A DNA stretch of 64,000 nt from Phoronis australis (lineage: Eukaryota; Animalia; Phoronida), in the NCBI GenBank assembly GCA_002633005.1, contig NMRA01000007.1, positions 1,846,569-1,910,568 of the forward strand. Direction: 5' to 3'. Under the pieces are notes generated by a model, which made no database searches, had not been told where the DNA came from, and saw only the letters and a list, made by a program, of their open reading frames with translations. Within the stretch, counting starts at the first letter, position 1; each line of letters starts with the position of its first letter. Below are positions 38,378 to 51,100 of the stretch, one piece after another. The position numbers were made by a program, and so were the translations under genes.

Positions 38378-41300
38378 TCATTCTTTGAACCTCTGTACCA
38401 TGTAGTGATTATCTTCGTCCTTCTTAAAACCAAAGAGTTCGTAAAATGCTATCATCTTTTGGAAGCACTCTAATGATATCTTGTAACACCCAAGATTTAT
38501 GGCCAGGTCAGTCAGTGTTGCCAATAACCTGAAACAAATGAATTTTCAATCAGAAAAGGCAAAATCCAAGGTGAATTAACAGAGAATAGTTCCTATCCCT
38601 GCATATAATGGTCTAACTGTAAACAGTACAACCAGAGATCAAACCCTACAGTCGAACTCGAAACCTTAGATGCCTCAGCTGGGCATCAGAAATTGCAAAC
38701 TGATTACAGCTTTAAGTGTTGCAACTGATTTTAGCTACACTAAAATTTGCACAAGTTGGATTCAACCAGACCATGAGAATTTAATATCAGATTAAGGCGA
38801 AATGCGATTTATCTGAAGGCCCATTTGTACATACTTTGTACAAGTTAAGTGAAAATCTGACATGCATGCCCAATTTATGTGGGTTTTACTGTATTTATGA
38901 GGAGTGCCATTGAATTACTACAGCTTCGGTATCCAAGCTTAAACTGCTGATTAGAATGTCTTAACACTTCAGCTTGCGCATGGCTAAGGAACGGACAGCA
39001 AAACAAGTCATTTGCTTAAAAAATGCAGACAAACAACATAATTATGCTGTTCTACTGGCCCAGGCCATAATATGGGTATGCTGTTCTACTGGCCCAGGCC
39101 ATAATATGGGTATGCTGTTCTACTGGCCCAGGCCATAATATGGGTATGCTGTTCTACTGGCCCAGGCCATAATATGGGTATGCTGTTCTACTGGCCCAGG
39201 TCATAATATGGGTATGCTGTCCTGGACCTGTTAGAACATCATAAAGACAACAGTAGTTTTTGCACAATTTCAAATTTACTTACTAAAATTATAGCTGTGA
39301 ACTACAACAATTGAAATCATTACAATAAAATAAAATTATTTCAAATATCAAAGTTTTATTTAAAGAACTCAGTTAATGTTTTAACTCACAATTTCCCCAG
39401 TTGTTTCCCTCTGTGTTTTGAGCTAACGGCAACATCTTCAATCCTTCCACGCTTAAAGAATGAATGCACAAATATATCACAGTTCTCAAAGTCAAAAGCA
39501 GATTTTGATTTCATCCTGAATCTTTAAGCTACTACAACAACATACAGGTTAATAGCTAGTACTTAAAATGTCGCTAAAATGAGACACTCCATAACTTGGA
39601 GATGAGCTTATAATTATTCCTACACAGTAATGATTCCCACAGTACAACACAGAAAGTGCAATCTTTATCACAATATACAGTCCAATCAGCTATCCAGTCA
39701 GAAGATTACAAAAAGCAATTGACCTTTTTACCGATAATGAGAGATATCGCATATACAAAGGATTGTGGGATAGCGATGAGCACAAGTAGCACCATCAGAA
39801 GACTTAGATGTGTTACCTGAAGGCATCACTAAATAGCAGTACATGAAGCAGTCACAAGTTGAGTTTATCACAGATAACAGTATTAAAATCAACTTCCATC
39901 TTACTATGCAGGTGAATGCCCGCATGACACTTCCTGAATCCTGAATTAGAGGACTCAAACCTACAGACCTGTGTACCACCAAACTCCATTGGAGTACTCT
40001 GAACACCAGATTTGCAGATTTTTCAGTAATTTGCAGATTTTCACGTACAGACCAAATTTACTTTAAAATATGGGGGTGTTGAATTTTTCGCAGTGGACCT
40101 TTCACTAATTAAAAAATAAAACGGGTTTGTTCAGCATTCATAGCTTTCACCGAATTCTTGCCTCTTTAGTGGACTTTTGTCTTGCTTTCTCAGACTTATG
40201 ATCTCCAACTTTCAGAATAATTTAAGTTGTCTAGTTGAGGGACAATGCGCTTAGTGAAAAGATTCTGTTAATCAAATGTCCTTACTGAACTTAGTGGTGT
40301 TAATACATGCCTAATCATTAGGCTAATGATTAACCTATTGATTAATCACGTATATACACCTCATTTCTTAACACAAAAACATATCTGCAAAAATGTGTTG
40401 GACAAGGGTTTGCATCAGACGATATTTTATTAACCATTCACAAAAGTTTTGAATAATTATTCATTGCAAGTGTCTGTGAACACGTACCACCGTATTGCAT
40501 GCGAAAAGATCTCGAGGCTCGACTGTGGCTCGAGTATTATCGTCAGCTCGACATGCTACTAAGTCAGTGCAGTCACCATGTCCGCAAAAAAACAACACGC
40601 TATACAACTTGCAGTATAAATTCCACGGTCCCTTAAATAAGACATTGTCATTCTTTGGAATAACGCGGCAAAAAAACAGATATTCCCTTCTTTCAGAAGC
40701 TACTTTCTTTACAACACGGAATATGCAACCACATGCTTTGCAATTTTGTTAACAATACATATTTAGCCGTAAATAGCCGAAATTAAACGAAGTAAGTAAT
40801 CCACAAATCACAGAAGTCATTGCTTATAGGTTAGGCCTGTGACACACATACCGATAGAAGAGGCCTCGCAATTCGCTGATTATCAGGCTATTTCGAGAAT
40901 GAAACGAAGCAAGTTTTCCAAGTTTGTAGCCCAACTTTTTGGCTAAAATAATGATTTTACAATATTTTTTTTAATTTCTGACTTAAAAATCTTCTTCCTC
41001 ATCCGTTTACACTACAAATTGGCGTATTTATTGAGAAACAAGCGAATTAATAATCTCTTTTGAATTTGCTGAATTTGCGTATTTTGCCTGGCCGTGCGAA
41101 CTTGCATAGTGGAGGCTTGATTTCTGTACGAATTCGCATTTTTTGCGTATTGTACACAGGTCTGAACCTATCCTCTGGGATACCCATGTTTTGATTCATG
41201 CTATATGTAAAACAATGAGGACCAGTGAATACATTTGATGACTCCTGCTGCCTCCTACAGCCAAATACTTGAACTTCCCATTATAAAGCTTTGGTCATGA

Positions 41301-44300
41301 ATTACAATTTGTTCACCCTCTGACAGAAAGCATGTGTGAGCACATGACAAAAAGGGGGGTTCATAAGAATTGCAGAGCATGAGCCTGTGAGGTAGAATTG
41401 GATTTGTGGAGAAAGAACGTAATTAGTAAAAATGCTCATGGTATGCGTGAATGTGGACTGCTACCCAGACATTGGAACCTTACTCTCCAAACTGCCTTGT
41501 ATCAAACTCTTGATAATAAGAGCCAGAAAAAGATAAAGTCTAACAAGCACTTGTACTTACTGTGGCACACTTTCTAATAAACTTCTGTTCGATGACTAAC
41601 GTTGCGGTGCCTATTACTTCATTAGATTTGACGTCTTCAACGACAACCACAAGGAATGAGTTGTAGCATGCTTTCATCATTTTGAATCTATCTGTAATAC
41701 AGAGATGCAAGTCTACTTTCATCATTTTGAATCTATCTGTAATACAGAGATGCAAGTCTGCTTTCATCATTTTGAATCTATCTGTAATACAGAGATGGAA
41801 GTTGTTACACAAAACAAACTTAACAATAAAGACTTGGAGCAGGTTACCATAATCAACTGTCAACTTAACAAATCAAAAATGCAATGACCAAGAAAGTTCA
41901 TATAAACATTGAAATGCATCAAAAATGGCTAATGCTTATGAATTGACTATTGGGTGCTGTGTGCTTTCGACAGCCTCGCTTGGCTATTTACCAACCTTAC
42001 CACCACAAAGCATAGAGTCAATGTTGCAACTGTTTTACTTTAAAATAAAATCTACTTAACCATGTCAGGAAATGAATAACCGTGAACAATAGATTGATTA
42101 CAAACATACCAACAAAAGTCCAATTACTTGCCTTTCAGTGTTTTGTGATAAATACTCAAATTATGTATGTTAACTGACCAAAATAAGTCACAACATTGTC
42201 ACAGAAAAACATATTTGGCAACAAACAGCTTTTAGCACAAGGCCGAGTAAATTTTGATGGTAATAGGATTGGATCTAACTTCATCGTGAATGTTAAGTGC
42301 CAAAGGACTTAAAAAAGACCAAAGTCAATAAGCGTTATGGTAAAATCTCACCTATTTAACTTAGGACAAAAATTATTGCTAAGTCCCCTTATTTCATTGT
42401 TTAAGAGCTTCTAATATTGTAGTGAATGCCCATAACTTCACAAAACATTGTCGGATGGCAGCTATGGTTACAGAACTTGGACATAGAAAGCCACTAATTC
42501 GGTGCAATATAACTTTCATGGAACAAGTGCAAAATTAAAATTTCACTTGCTAGCTACGTTGTGTCCTAAATTGGTGAGATTTTACCGCAACTCTGGTTTT
42601 ATTGGCCTCAAAAGCTGAGTACGGCTCTCGGAGATAAGTTTCGGTTGGGAAGTTGCCATGAGGATTATCGACCTACTCGTTACTGCGCTAGCCAGTAGCG
42701 CAGGTTAGTGGACCAACCACAGTCTGGCATGACCATATTTTCTGAAGTATTACAGAATTTGAGCAATCAATCGTATGGTTGGAGCAGAGAACATCCACGT
42801 AAACACTGCCAACATGTGAGAGGATGTGATAATTGTAATTAAACTCAACTTAAATTGAGAGACTAGAGCATGTGCAAAAGTTGCTGTGTTGGCTTACTAA
42901 GGAATGTCCACCTAAACATTCTAATATTGTTAGTTTTTGTCTTTGTGTATGCAAGTATGTGTAGTGTACAAATAATGTAAAAAAGTATGAACTTTAAGCA
43001 AAAACCTTCAATGAGTGCCTGTATTTGATGCAGTATGCTCGGTACACATCCTTACAAGTTGGTATCGTAAGGCAGCTGTGCATTCTGATATCAGTATTAC
43101 TGGCAATCAATATACATTATTTTTTCTATGAGTTCAGTTTAATAAACCACTGGCATATCCAATAACCATAATATCGTGTTAGTACATATAAACATTTCAC
43201 CTGAAAACTCCTCTTCTGATATATCTCCCACTTTGGTGAGTTCAGTCAGCACATCAAGAAAACCTGTAAACAATAACAGACATATAAAGCTAGGTCATTA
43301 CCTAGGAGATGACAGAATAGTCACTAGTATGTCATTAAACAAAATGAAATTGCAATAAAATACGACAATAAATTCACAAAAACACTTACCAGAATGTGAC
43401 TATGTTTGATACATAATAAAGCATAGTACAGGAAAAAAAACTTGTGTAAAAAGAAAAGCAAAAAAGATGAAAATTCTACTGAAAGTATGGTCTAAAAAAC
43501 ATGACATGTTTTGTAAACAAGCAGCTCATATCTATGATATGCCCTAAATGTTTAGGGTTTTTGTTAAAAAATTTTGAATAAGTACAAAAACAGAGCTTTT
43601 AACAATTGGCAGTGTATTCTAATTTAAAAAAAAAAAAATTAAAATCATTAACATGATTTGCACAGGGGTGTTGCAGTGCTTTTTGTTCAAAACAGTGTAC
43701 AATGACACCTTGCATTTTACCTAACTGCAAAAATATTTAGAACATGAAACTTGAGTTAACCAGAAATATCCATAACAGTGGAGTCCAATCATTTTCTGAT
43801 GTCATATCCAATCAGACAAAGAGATGTTATTTGAGCAAGAACAAATCTAACTTATTTGAAGGGGCAAAAGCAAGATCCATACCACAGAACTTTGTACGAT
43901 GACTTCAGCAAAGATCATAGTTTTTGTATATCTTCAAATGCATGTTTCAAAGCAGTACTAGTACACGCTCTAGCAACAATCAAATGGAATTTTATGGTCT
44001 ATCGGAGGCACTTTAGAAGAAGCAGTCAGAGGTATACATTACCTCTGTGATAGTCATCAATCTCCAAGGGTCTAAGTAGCAATCCTTCACCGGGACAGGA
44101 TGGACTGAGTGAGAGGCCATATCTATCTTTCCAATCACTAGCGTCAACATTAGAGATCAGGTGATCAGAGAAAAGCTTGTTGCTTTCAACGCAATTGTTG
44201 TTCTGTCAAAGGCAAATAAACAGATATTCAAAAAACATGCTATAGCTCAAATGAGTACAATAAAAGAACTTAAATATGGTTTGCATGACAGTAAATGTAA

Positions 44301-44761
44301 ACAACCAACATTACATATGATAAAACACAATAGAACAAGCGGTATTTGTTTCAAACTTTGTCTAGATGACTGGCCTCATAGCATTAGTCCATTCAGCTTC
44401 AGACAGGTTAAATTGAGTTCGATGGTCTGGACCTATTTTACCAAAGGTTACAAGTCCAGACAGAATGTCAGCTGGAAGTATAAGAAGCAAGGGAAATTTA
44501 GTCAGATTTCATACACAATCAACTCTACAACTGAAGAGCTATTTTCAAACAAACATGGGTGCAGCTGCTCTGTATTTACGGCACAATTATTGGCTTTCGC
44601 GCTTCCGACACATTTGGGTTTTCAATTGTAGAAAACACAGAATTCTCACTTAAAACAACCAAGTGAAATTATTAAAAGCAGACGAATTTAAGCCAACACG
44701 GGCACATTCAGAAGCCGTCGAAAAAGTTCGAAAATCTTGAATCAACATTACTACTCACCAT
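38378..44761 (-). CDS. GNPNAT1: Glucosamine-6-phosphate N-acetyltransferase (GNA1), 6 coding exons
   Basis: Exons (-): 44761-44759 (ATG only), 44202-44043, 43263-43201, 41691-41561 (alternative starts at 41736 and 41781), 39451-39390, 38528-38378 (TGA). Motifs: [55 protein letters not shown]...[20 protein letters not shown]. Confidence 0.95.
39043..39220. repeat. Minisatellite, 5 x 34 bp plus a partial unit, in the last GNPNAT1 intron
   Basis: Unit TATGCTGTTCTACTGGCCCAGGCCATAATATGGG at 39043, 39077, 39111, 39145 and 39179 (one mismatch in the last). Confidence 0.95.
39964..41164. mobile_element. 1.2-kb non-autonomous DNA transposon in a GNPNAT1 intron
   Basis: 13-bp TIR CAGACCTGTGTAC / GTACACAGGTCTG, flanked by the direct repeat AACCTA (39958-39963 and 41165-41170). 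The interior is CpG-richer than the flanks, and no transposase ORF is present. Confidence 0.8.
41670..41797 (-). repeat. 3 x 45-bp tandem repeat spanning the acceptor of GNPNAT1 exon 4
   Basis: CTTTCATCATTTTGAATCTATCTGTAATACAGAGATG at 41671, 41716 and 41761. Confidence 0.95.
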
Positions 44762-45174
44762 TTCAAAAAGTATTTAAAATAAAACTCTGGTCAACGAGTT
44801 GTTGTTTACTGTGTATCTAATGTATTCAAGCCCACGATTGTTCGAGAAAATAACCAAATTTGATAATGCGTCTCACAGAACTGACACGGTTTTCCGGAAG
44901 TACGTTGACAACATGGTCGACTTGTTGTGCGCATGTCTCAATGAATTAAAAGCTCTCTGATTACTTTTGCCGCTTAAAATTAAAAATCAATTAAGAAGAT
45001 GTTGAATAATTAAATTAAAATTTTCAAAAGGTTACTTTTATGTTATATATTAAAAGTATAAATAGTTAATTAAGTATAAAACAAAAATGTTCTGAGACTA
45101 TTTTCCAACATGGCGACCTCCATAGATGACATGATTTCTCAAACATTACGAATTTAACGTACAGTTTCGTTGTA
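44762..45174. promoter_or_regulatory. Bidirectional promoter between GNPNAT1 (-) and CRLS1 (+)
   Basis: The start codons are only ~410 bp apart. Motifs: ETS/GABP-like TTCCGGAAGT (~44892), NRF1-like TGCGCATGT (~44928) and YY1-like AACATGGCG (45107-45115). Confidence 0.7.
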
Positions 45175-48100
45175 ATGTCGCTTAATTCGTTAGGCAGATC
45201 ATTTCTTAATAGTTTAAATAACCACATAATGTGTATTTATTCTGCCAAACAATCTGCTAAACTTACACATGGAACAGCATTGCGATTTTGGTGGAAATCA
45301 ACCCTTCATTCAAGGTCAAAGACAACATTTGCGGGCCTTTCTTCAAAATCAAAGAATAGATCAACGCCCAACAATACTTCCAGTTGCAGTAGAACTTATC
45401 ACTCCGAAAGTGACATTTCAAAATGCCGAAGTTTGTATCAAATACCGTACTCTACGTCTTGTGGACTTTCAAAAGTGAAGAAACTTTTTACAACTTCCTG
45501 CTTTTACTTGTCTTCCAAAGCCAATGGAAAAACGAAGGATGAGCTTGGTAGACCTCAGAAGCATGATGAAGAAATTAGTGCCAAGAAAAATATTAAAGGT
45601 CGAGTTGGAGAATTGGTGTGTAATAAGGATATTGCTTATTTCAAAACCTGAGTTATGACCGTATATAATATAATATTCTTCCTAGTGAGTGCGCAGAGTA
45701 TTTACTCATGTCTTGGGATATAGACAGGACCACCATCTTAACTGGCCGCAGTAGAGACGGTAGTCTGGTTTTGTTTGGTCTTGGAGACTTGGTGTTGGTC
45801 CAAGTGTGCTCTTTTATTTCTGATTTGGAGAAAGTGTCAGGGTGTGTGAGGCCACTGTAGTCTATGGTGTGAGGTGATTGTGGTTTATTACATAATTACA
45901 GGTATTTTTTTAATTCCAAGGCAAAGTTATTTAGTTTATGTTTTATTAAAAAGGTTAAAAACTTGGAAATGCATGTAAATTATAAAGTTTGACGTTTAAA
46001 AATAATTTAGACCAAGGCTTGAAGTCTAGATAATTTTGATAGTTATAATATAGAACTGCAACATAGGGTTAACTGGCAATTAGTTGCAAGGTGATATTGA
46101 ATTCATTCTGCTCAATGCTTATCTGAAACTGTGGTATTGAGCTAAGAATGCGTTACCACTTCTGTTCACAGGTAGAAGACATCAAGACAATACCTAACTT
46201 GCTAACCATGTCCAGAGTGGTGCTGACACCTGTCTGCGGTTACTTGGTACTGCATGGAAGTTTTAACATGGCTCTGGGTATTTTCGTCTTTGCGGGAGTG
46301 ACAGACTTGGTGAGTCATGCATGTTTGTTCATATGTCTAAATCAGTTGTTCTCTTAGTGTGTATTGTTCCGACCCATGTACTAGGAATTTCCTACTCAGC
46401 TCACGGCAGTGTAAGAATTCCTGCACAGCACAAGAATGTAGGAACTACAACAATACAGTGGGCATATTTTATAAATAATAACACTCGATGCTTTAGCATG
46501 GCTATGGGTTCTCAAATTACGTAAATTTGTTTTTCACATAGTTGAGTACTTTATTAATAGTCTGTAAACTACCTCAATGCTTGAGCTACGTGTTTATAAC
46601 AACGACATGAAAAGGACCAACATCTTTCAAGGAAGCAAAATATGCCAAAGTGACCAAAAACACCTTTGAAAAGGTGACATTCCTCTTCAGAGCTCCTTTT
46701 CCTTCATGCGCAGTCACTGTTGATCTAGGTTTGCATTTGTTTAAAATAAGACAACTGTAACGGTAATAACACATTTCTGCCAGTTAAATTGAGAGAAGTA
46801 GAAACATCTTTACAATATCATTTTAAAAATATTTTATAATGATATTGTTATCATACCCATAAAGATCGTTACAATTCTTACATTGTTGTGCTATGTAGGA
46901 ATTCCTTTATTGCCTTGCCCAATGTAGGAATATTCCTAAATCACGCAGATTCCTACATGGTTCGGAAGATAGTTACTTCTCGGTGTCATGTGACAGATAT
47001 TTGATTGGCAGTGTTGCTTTTTCAAGGATTTGTTCAAGTCACAAAAAAATTGGCCTGGTTTTCAAGTCAACCTTTTGATTTTACTTCTGCTGCTGCTGTA
47101 GATAGTAACATTGAAACTGAGTGTAGTATCATACTGCAGTGCTATTACTATTGATAAGTGTAAAGGTATGATTTTAATCATTTTCTAGTGTTTTGGTTTA
47201 TTTTAGTTTCACATGATCCCAGTAATGAGTGTTGAAGTCACAGTACTCTAAATTCCCAGCAAATGTAAGAATGCATGCACGGCTCTCATCATTTGGTCAT
47301 GGAATTGTCTATGGCATTGTGACTCTCTTTTCCTTCCGCAGTTGGATGGGTACATAGCCAGAGCTTTCCCAAGTCAAAAGTCTGTCCTGGGCAGTGTTAT
47401 CGATCCTTTAGCTGACAAGTTTCTGGTCAGTGTTCTGACTGTGACTCTCACCATGGTAAACTTAATTCCTGGTAAGATCAAAGTTGTTGCTGTTGTGACA
47501 GGATTATTGTCTGAGAAGGAACTGTGTTCACTGTGACGTTTTTGTACTTGTCTGAATTTTACCCAAGTTATGTGAGATGTCAGCCTCATTCCCAAGCCTC
47601 AAGATGGTGCTGATCGATTTAGCCATTTGAGACTTGGTTATGAGAAATGAAATGTGTCAGAATTCTGATACATTTTAACTCGCGGGATTATCACTAGTAA
47701 TATAATTTTGAAAATTTCTACAGTTTTATATAAAAATGAAAACCAACGGTATATTGCTGCTCTTTAGGTTTGGATTTTTGCAAAATGATGTATTTTGATT
47801 CGAAAACAGGTCAATTTTTATGATACTGTTATGAAAACAAATTGAAAATAAGTATCCTTTATTTCAAACAATTACCGAAACATTGCCTTCTGCTTCATGA
47901 ATGGCAACAACAACGCCTGTGAAATAATTAAAAACTGCCTTTGTTTTGATGACGTCAAGGTATTTTCCATAGACTCTATTCACGGGGCGGACATTAAAAT
48001 TCAATGCGAGGCTCACTGCGATAAACAGAGCGGAAATTTACATTGCGTGAGTTAAATGGCCGGTCTTTGGAGTACAACCTGAATATTAAATCTTAAAAAA

Positions 48101-51100
48101 TGTGTCAATAATTAACCACAGAGACGTAGAAAAATACAGTTAAAGAACAAGTCAATGCACCAAAGAGTTGTCTGACGAAAGGATATAGGTTTTTTCCGGA
48201 AAACTAGGTTCGAAACATGAAAAGTAAACATGACCAAATTGCGGCGATCGTAGTGTTACGGATTAGGTATCATGTTGAATGCAGGGTTACGTTTCTTCCA
48301 ATAAATTCTTGATAAAAATGCTTTCTACACGAACCAGGTCATCTGGTCGTATTTTTGACGAGTTGAAGATATATTCGACAGTGGTGGCTCATAGCATTTT
48401 GCTGTCATGTGCAATTAGTCTCATCTGGTTTAATTTGTTGACCAAGACTAGGCCTATTAGCTTCAAGCATAGCCTAGGTTCTGGTGAGGTAGGCACTACT
48501 GGGACTAACAGTTGATTTGTCATTGATCTGAAATAATACTTGATGTTAAAATATATTTTGATTACGATAAAAAACCAGGCTCGCAATTGAAAATAAAAGT
48601 TATATGACCATCAATTCTGCTTTCTTGGTTTTAATAATTATGTCTATTTCATGTGTTATATTTTTCAAATATCAATCTCGACCAAGTTGAATTTTAAAAT
48701 TAAAACACATAATTCTTTTGTCCAAAGCATAACCTCGTTTTAGAGCTCAATTTCAGTTAACTGGACAGAACACAGTGGCGGATTTAGGTGGGAGCCAAGG
48801 GGCCATGCCATGCCCCAGCCCCCCTAAAATTCTCCCAGATTCCGGCCATTTGGGAATTCAGGAGCGCGAATGTCTGACGNCTGGATCCCCCTGAAACAAG
48901 CATAGTTATGTTTCTTCAGAGGCCTCGTTCATATCCGAGGGGAAACGTGCCTCTGCGGCCGCGGGCCTTCTGAGAGAGGGGAACGTTTCGCCGAGTGACA
49001 GGTCAGTGAAAAATCTACTGACCTCCCGATCACCATCAATAGTACCCCGCCCTTTTGCAAGCTCTCATAGCTCTGTCTCAAATAGCATTTTCAGTGGCTG
49101 ATCTAGGATACCATAGTGAGGGGGGCCGACATCCTCGGAGAAGCGGGTAAAGCGCGATTGTATGCATGCAGGCGGCCCAAGGATGTATACCTTCTGCTCA
49201 GGAAATCTGTCGTTGGACTAAAAAAAATAAAACGGAAAGTGTTTTCCCCCTCGTCCGCTACCCGAACTCAGTATTTCCTTCCGCTTCACCGGTTTTGCTG
49301 GTTTATTTTGCTTGCGCCCGTCAAGGGGCCCCCTTAAATCCGCCTATGATTTTGTACTTTTTCAAATTGTCACCTCTGTGGTCACAGGTGATTTGAACCG
49401 TTGGAGAGAAATTTTCAATCACAAAGGAATTTTTAGGCCTCGTGGCCTGGAATTTCGCGTGATTTTTCAATATTTTGAGAGGGAATAGGGCCGATATTTG
49501 GCCCCAAAATTGAGGGATTGAGGGCCCTGTCCTTTTTGTAAAGAAAAATGCATCGCGCTTCAACCCATAGTCATGAAAACCCAGCTTGGCTGGCCGAAGA
49601 TTCTCCGGTCCTCGTTGCTATGGCGGCATCCAGTCCGAGATGCGACAAATTATGATTCAAAAACAGTTATAAATTTTACACGGACATATTTTTATTCGTC
49701 GCGGCGTATGGCAAGGACCCAACGCTTCCGAATCCCAGCGTCCTTAGGGATTGTAAAACAGAGTGTCCGTATTTTTTCTAGCTGTTCGAGCAACGCGGAG
49801 TACAACTACGCCGATAAGCCACCAGAGCTATCGTAGCGAGCCTCGTTTTGGAACGCACCTCCCGTTGGCGTGAATAGGGTCTATAACCAAGCCTCAAATG
49901 GCTAAAGCAGTCAGCGCCATCTTGAGGCTTGGGGACAAGGCTGTGTGAGGTGTGTGCCAAGATTGCTCAGCCTTGATTCTTTTTGCTTTTCTGTAGTATT
50001 ATGAAGTGTGGTTCAGTGCTTAAATTTTATTGACTGTCTTTTAAGATTGGGCTTTTACAAAAATATTTGATACATTACATGCTTTTAGAGTTAAATGTTA
50101 CATTATTGTATATTCATTCTTTGTATATTTTTTCAGTTGCACTGACTGGTCTCATAATCCTACGAGATGTTGGCCTTATTGCAGGGTCTGCCTATATGAG
50201 ATACACGACTTTGCCAGAGCCAGTAGGTGGTTTTGTTTTTAGTTTTTTCAAGTTTTCAAGAATTTCTCTGATAATCAGCTTTTTGTGTGCAATATATGTC
50301 CACCTTCACAACATAGCTGGTGAGTTTGACCTTCAACGCCGCTATCAACCATGTCTGGTGTTAAAACACCATTTTCCAATGCTACGTCATGGTATTATCT
50401 TTTGTTTGAATTGAAATTGGTTGCAATGGATTGCCTTACTATCTTGTGGACTGAAAGAACTTGTGACTACCAACTTAAAGATGTATTTGTATGTTCCTAT
50501 GTTAATGCATAGCAGGAACTAAACGACAATGTTATTTTAACATAATCTATGCTAAACAAAGCGCAGTTGTATTCATTGACAACTTGTAGATTTGAAAACA
50601 AAAAAATCTGCAAATGGGTGATCTTAGCACTAATGACGTACCTCGTGGGCTCACATAGGCCGCATCATGCAGTGTTATTCCCCCACACCATGCTTCTTGG
50701 ATACGTTTCAATGATATGCGGTGGATAATTTTTTGTCAATTTTCAATGTACTCCATATTTGCAATATCACTATATGTTTCTAACTAATTTGACTAAGCAA
50801 TCACAGATAAGGAATTAATGTGCAAGTTCCATTTTAGAGGGCATGGTCTTAGGCAATAATGACCTGTCTGTTCTTCTCAAGTCCAGAAATCATTTATAAT
50901 GTGAGTAAGGAACAAGATGAGACTGATTTTATACATGGTGACTGGCCTAAATCAAAAGTTGTTTTATGACAGAAGGTGTGGGTTTGTTGCTCCTTTAAAC
51001 ATTTGTTTACGTCATTTGTCACTTATTTGCTGCACATGTTCATAGAACTACTCCCAGCAGCCACCCAGGGCCACATGTCGGTGCTTATTAAGGAATGAAC

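Noticed and set aside
39043-39220. 34-bp repeats resembling a CRISPR array
   Set aside because: The units are contiguous with no spacers, the context is a eukaryotic intron, and no cas genes are present.
44161-44631. 156-aa plus-strand ORF
   Set aside because: It is antisense to GNPNAT1 intron 1/exon 2 with no recognisable domain.
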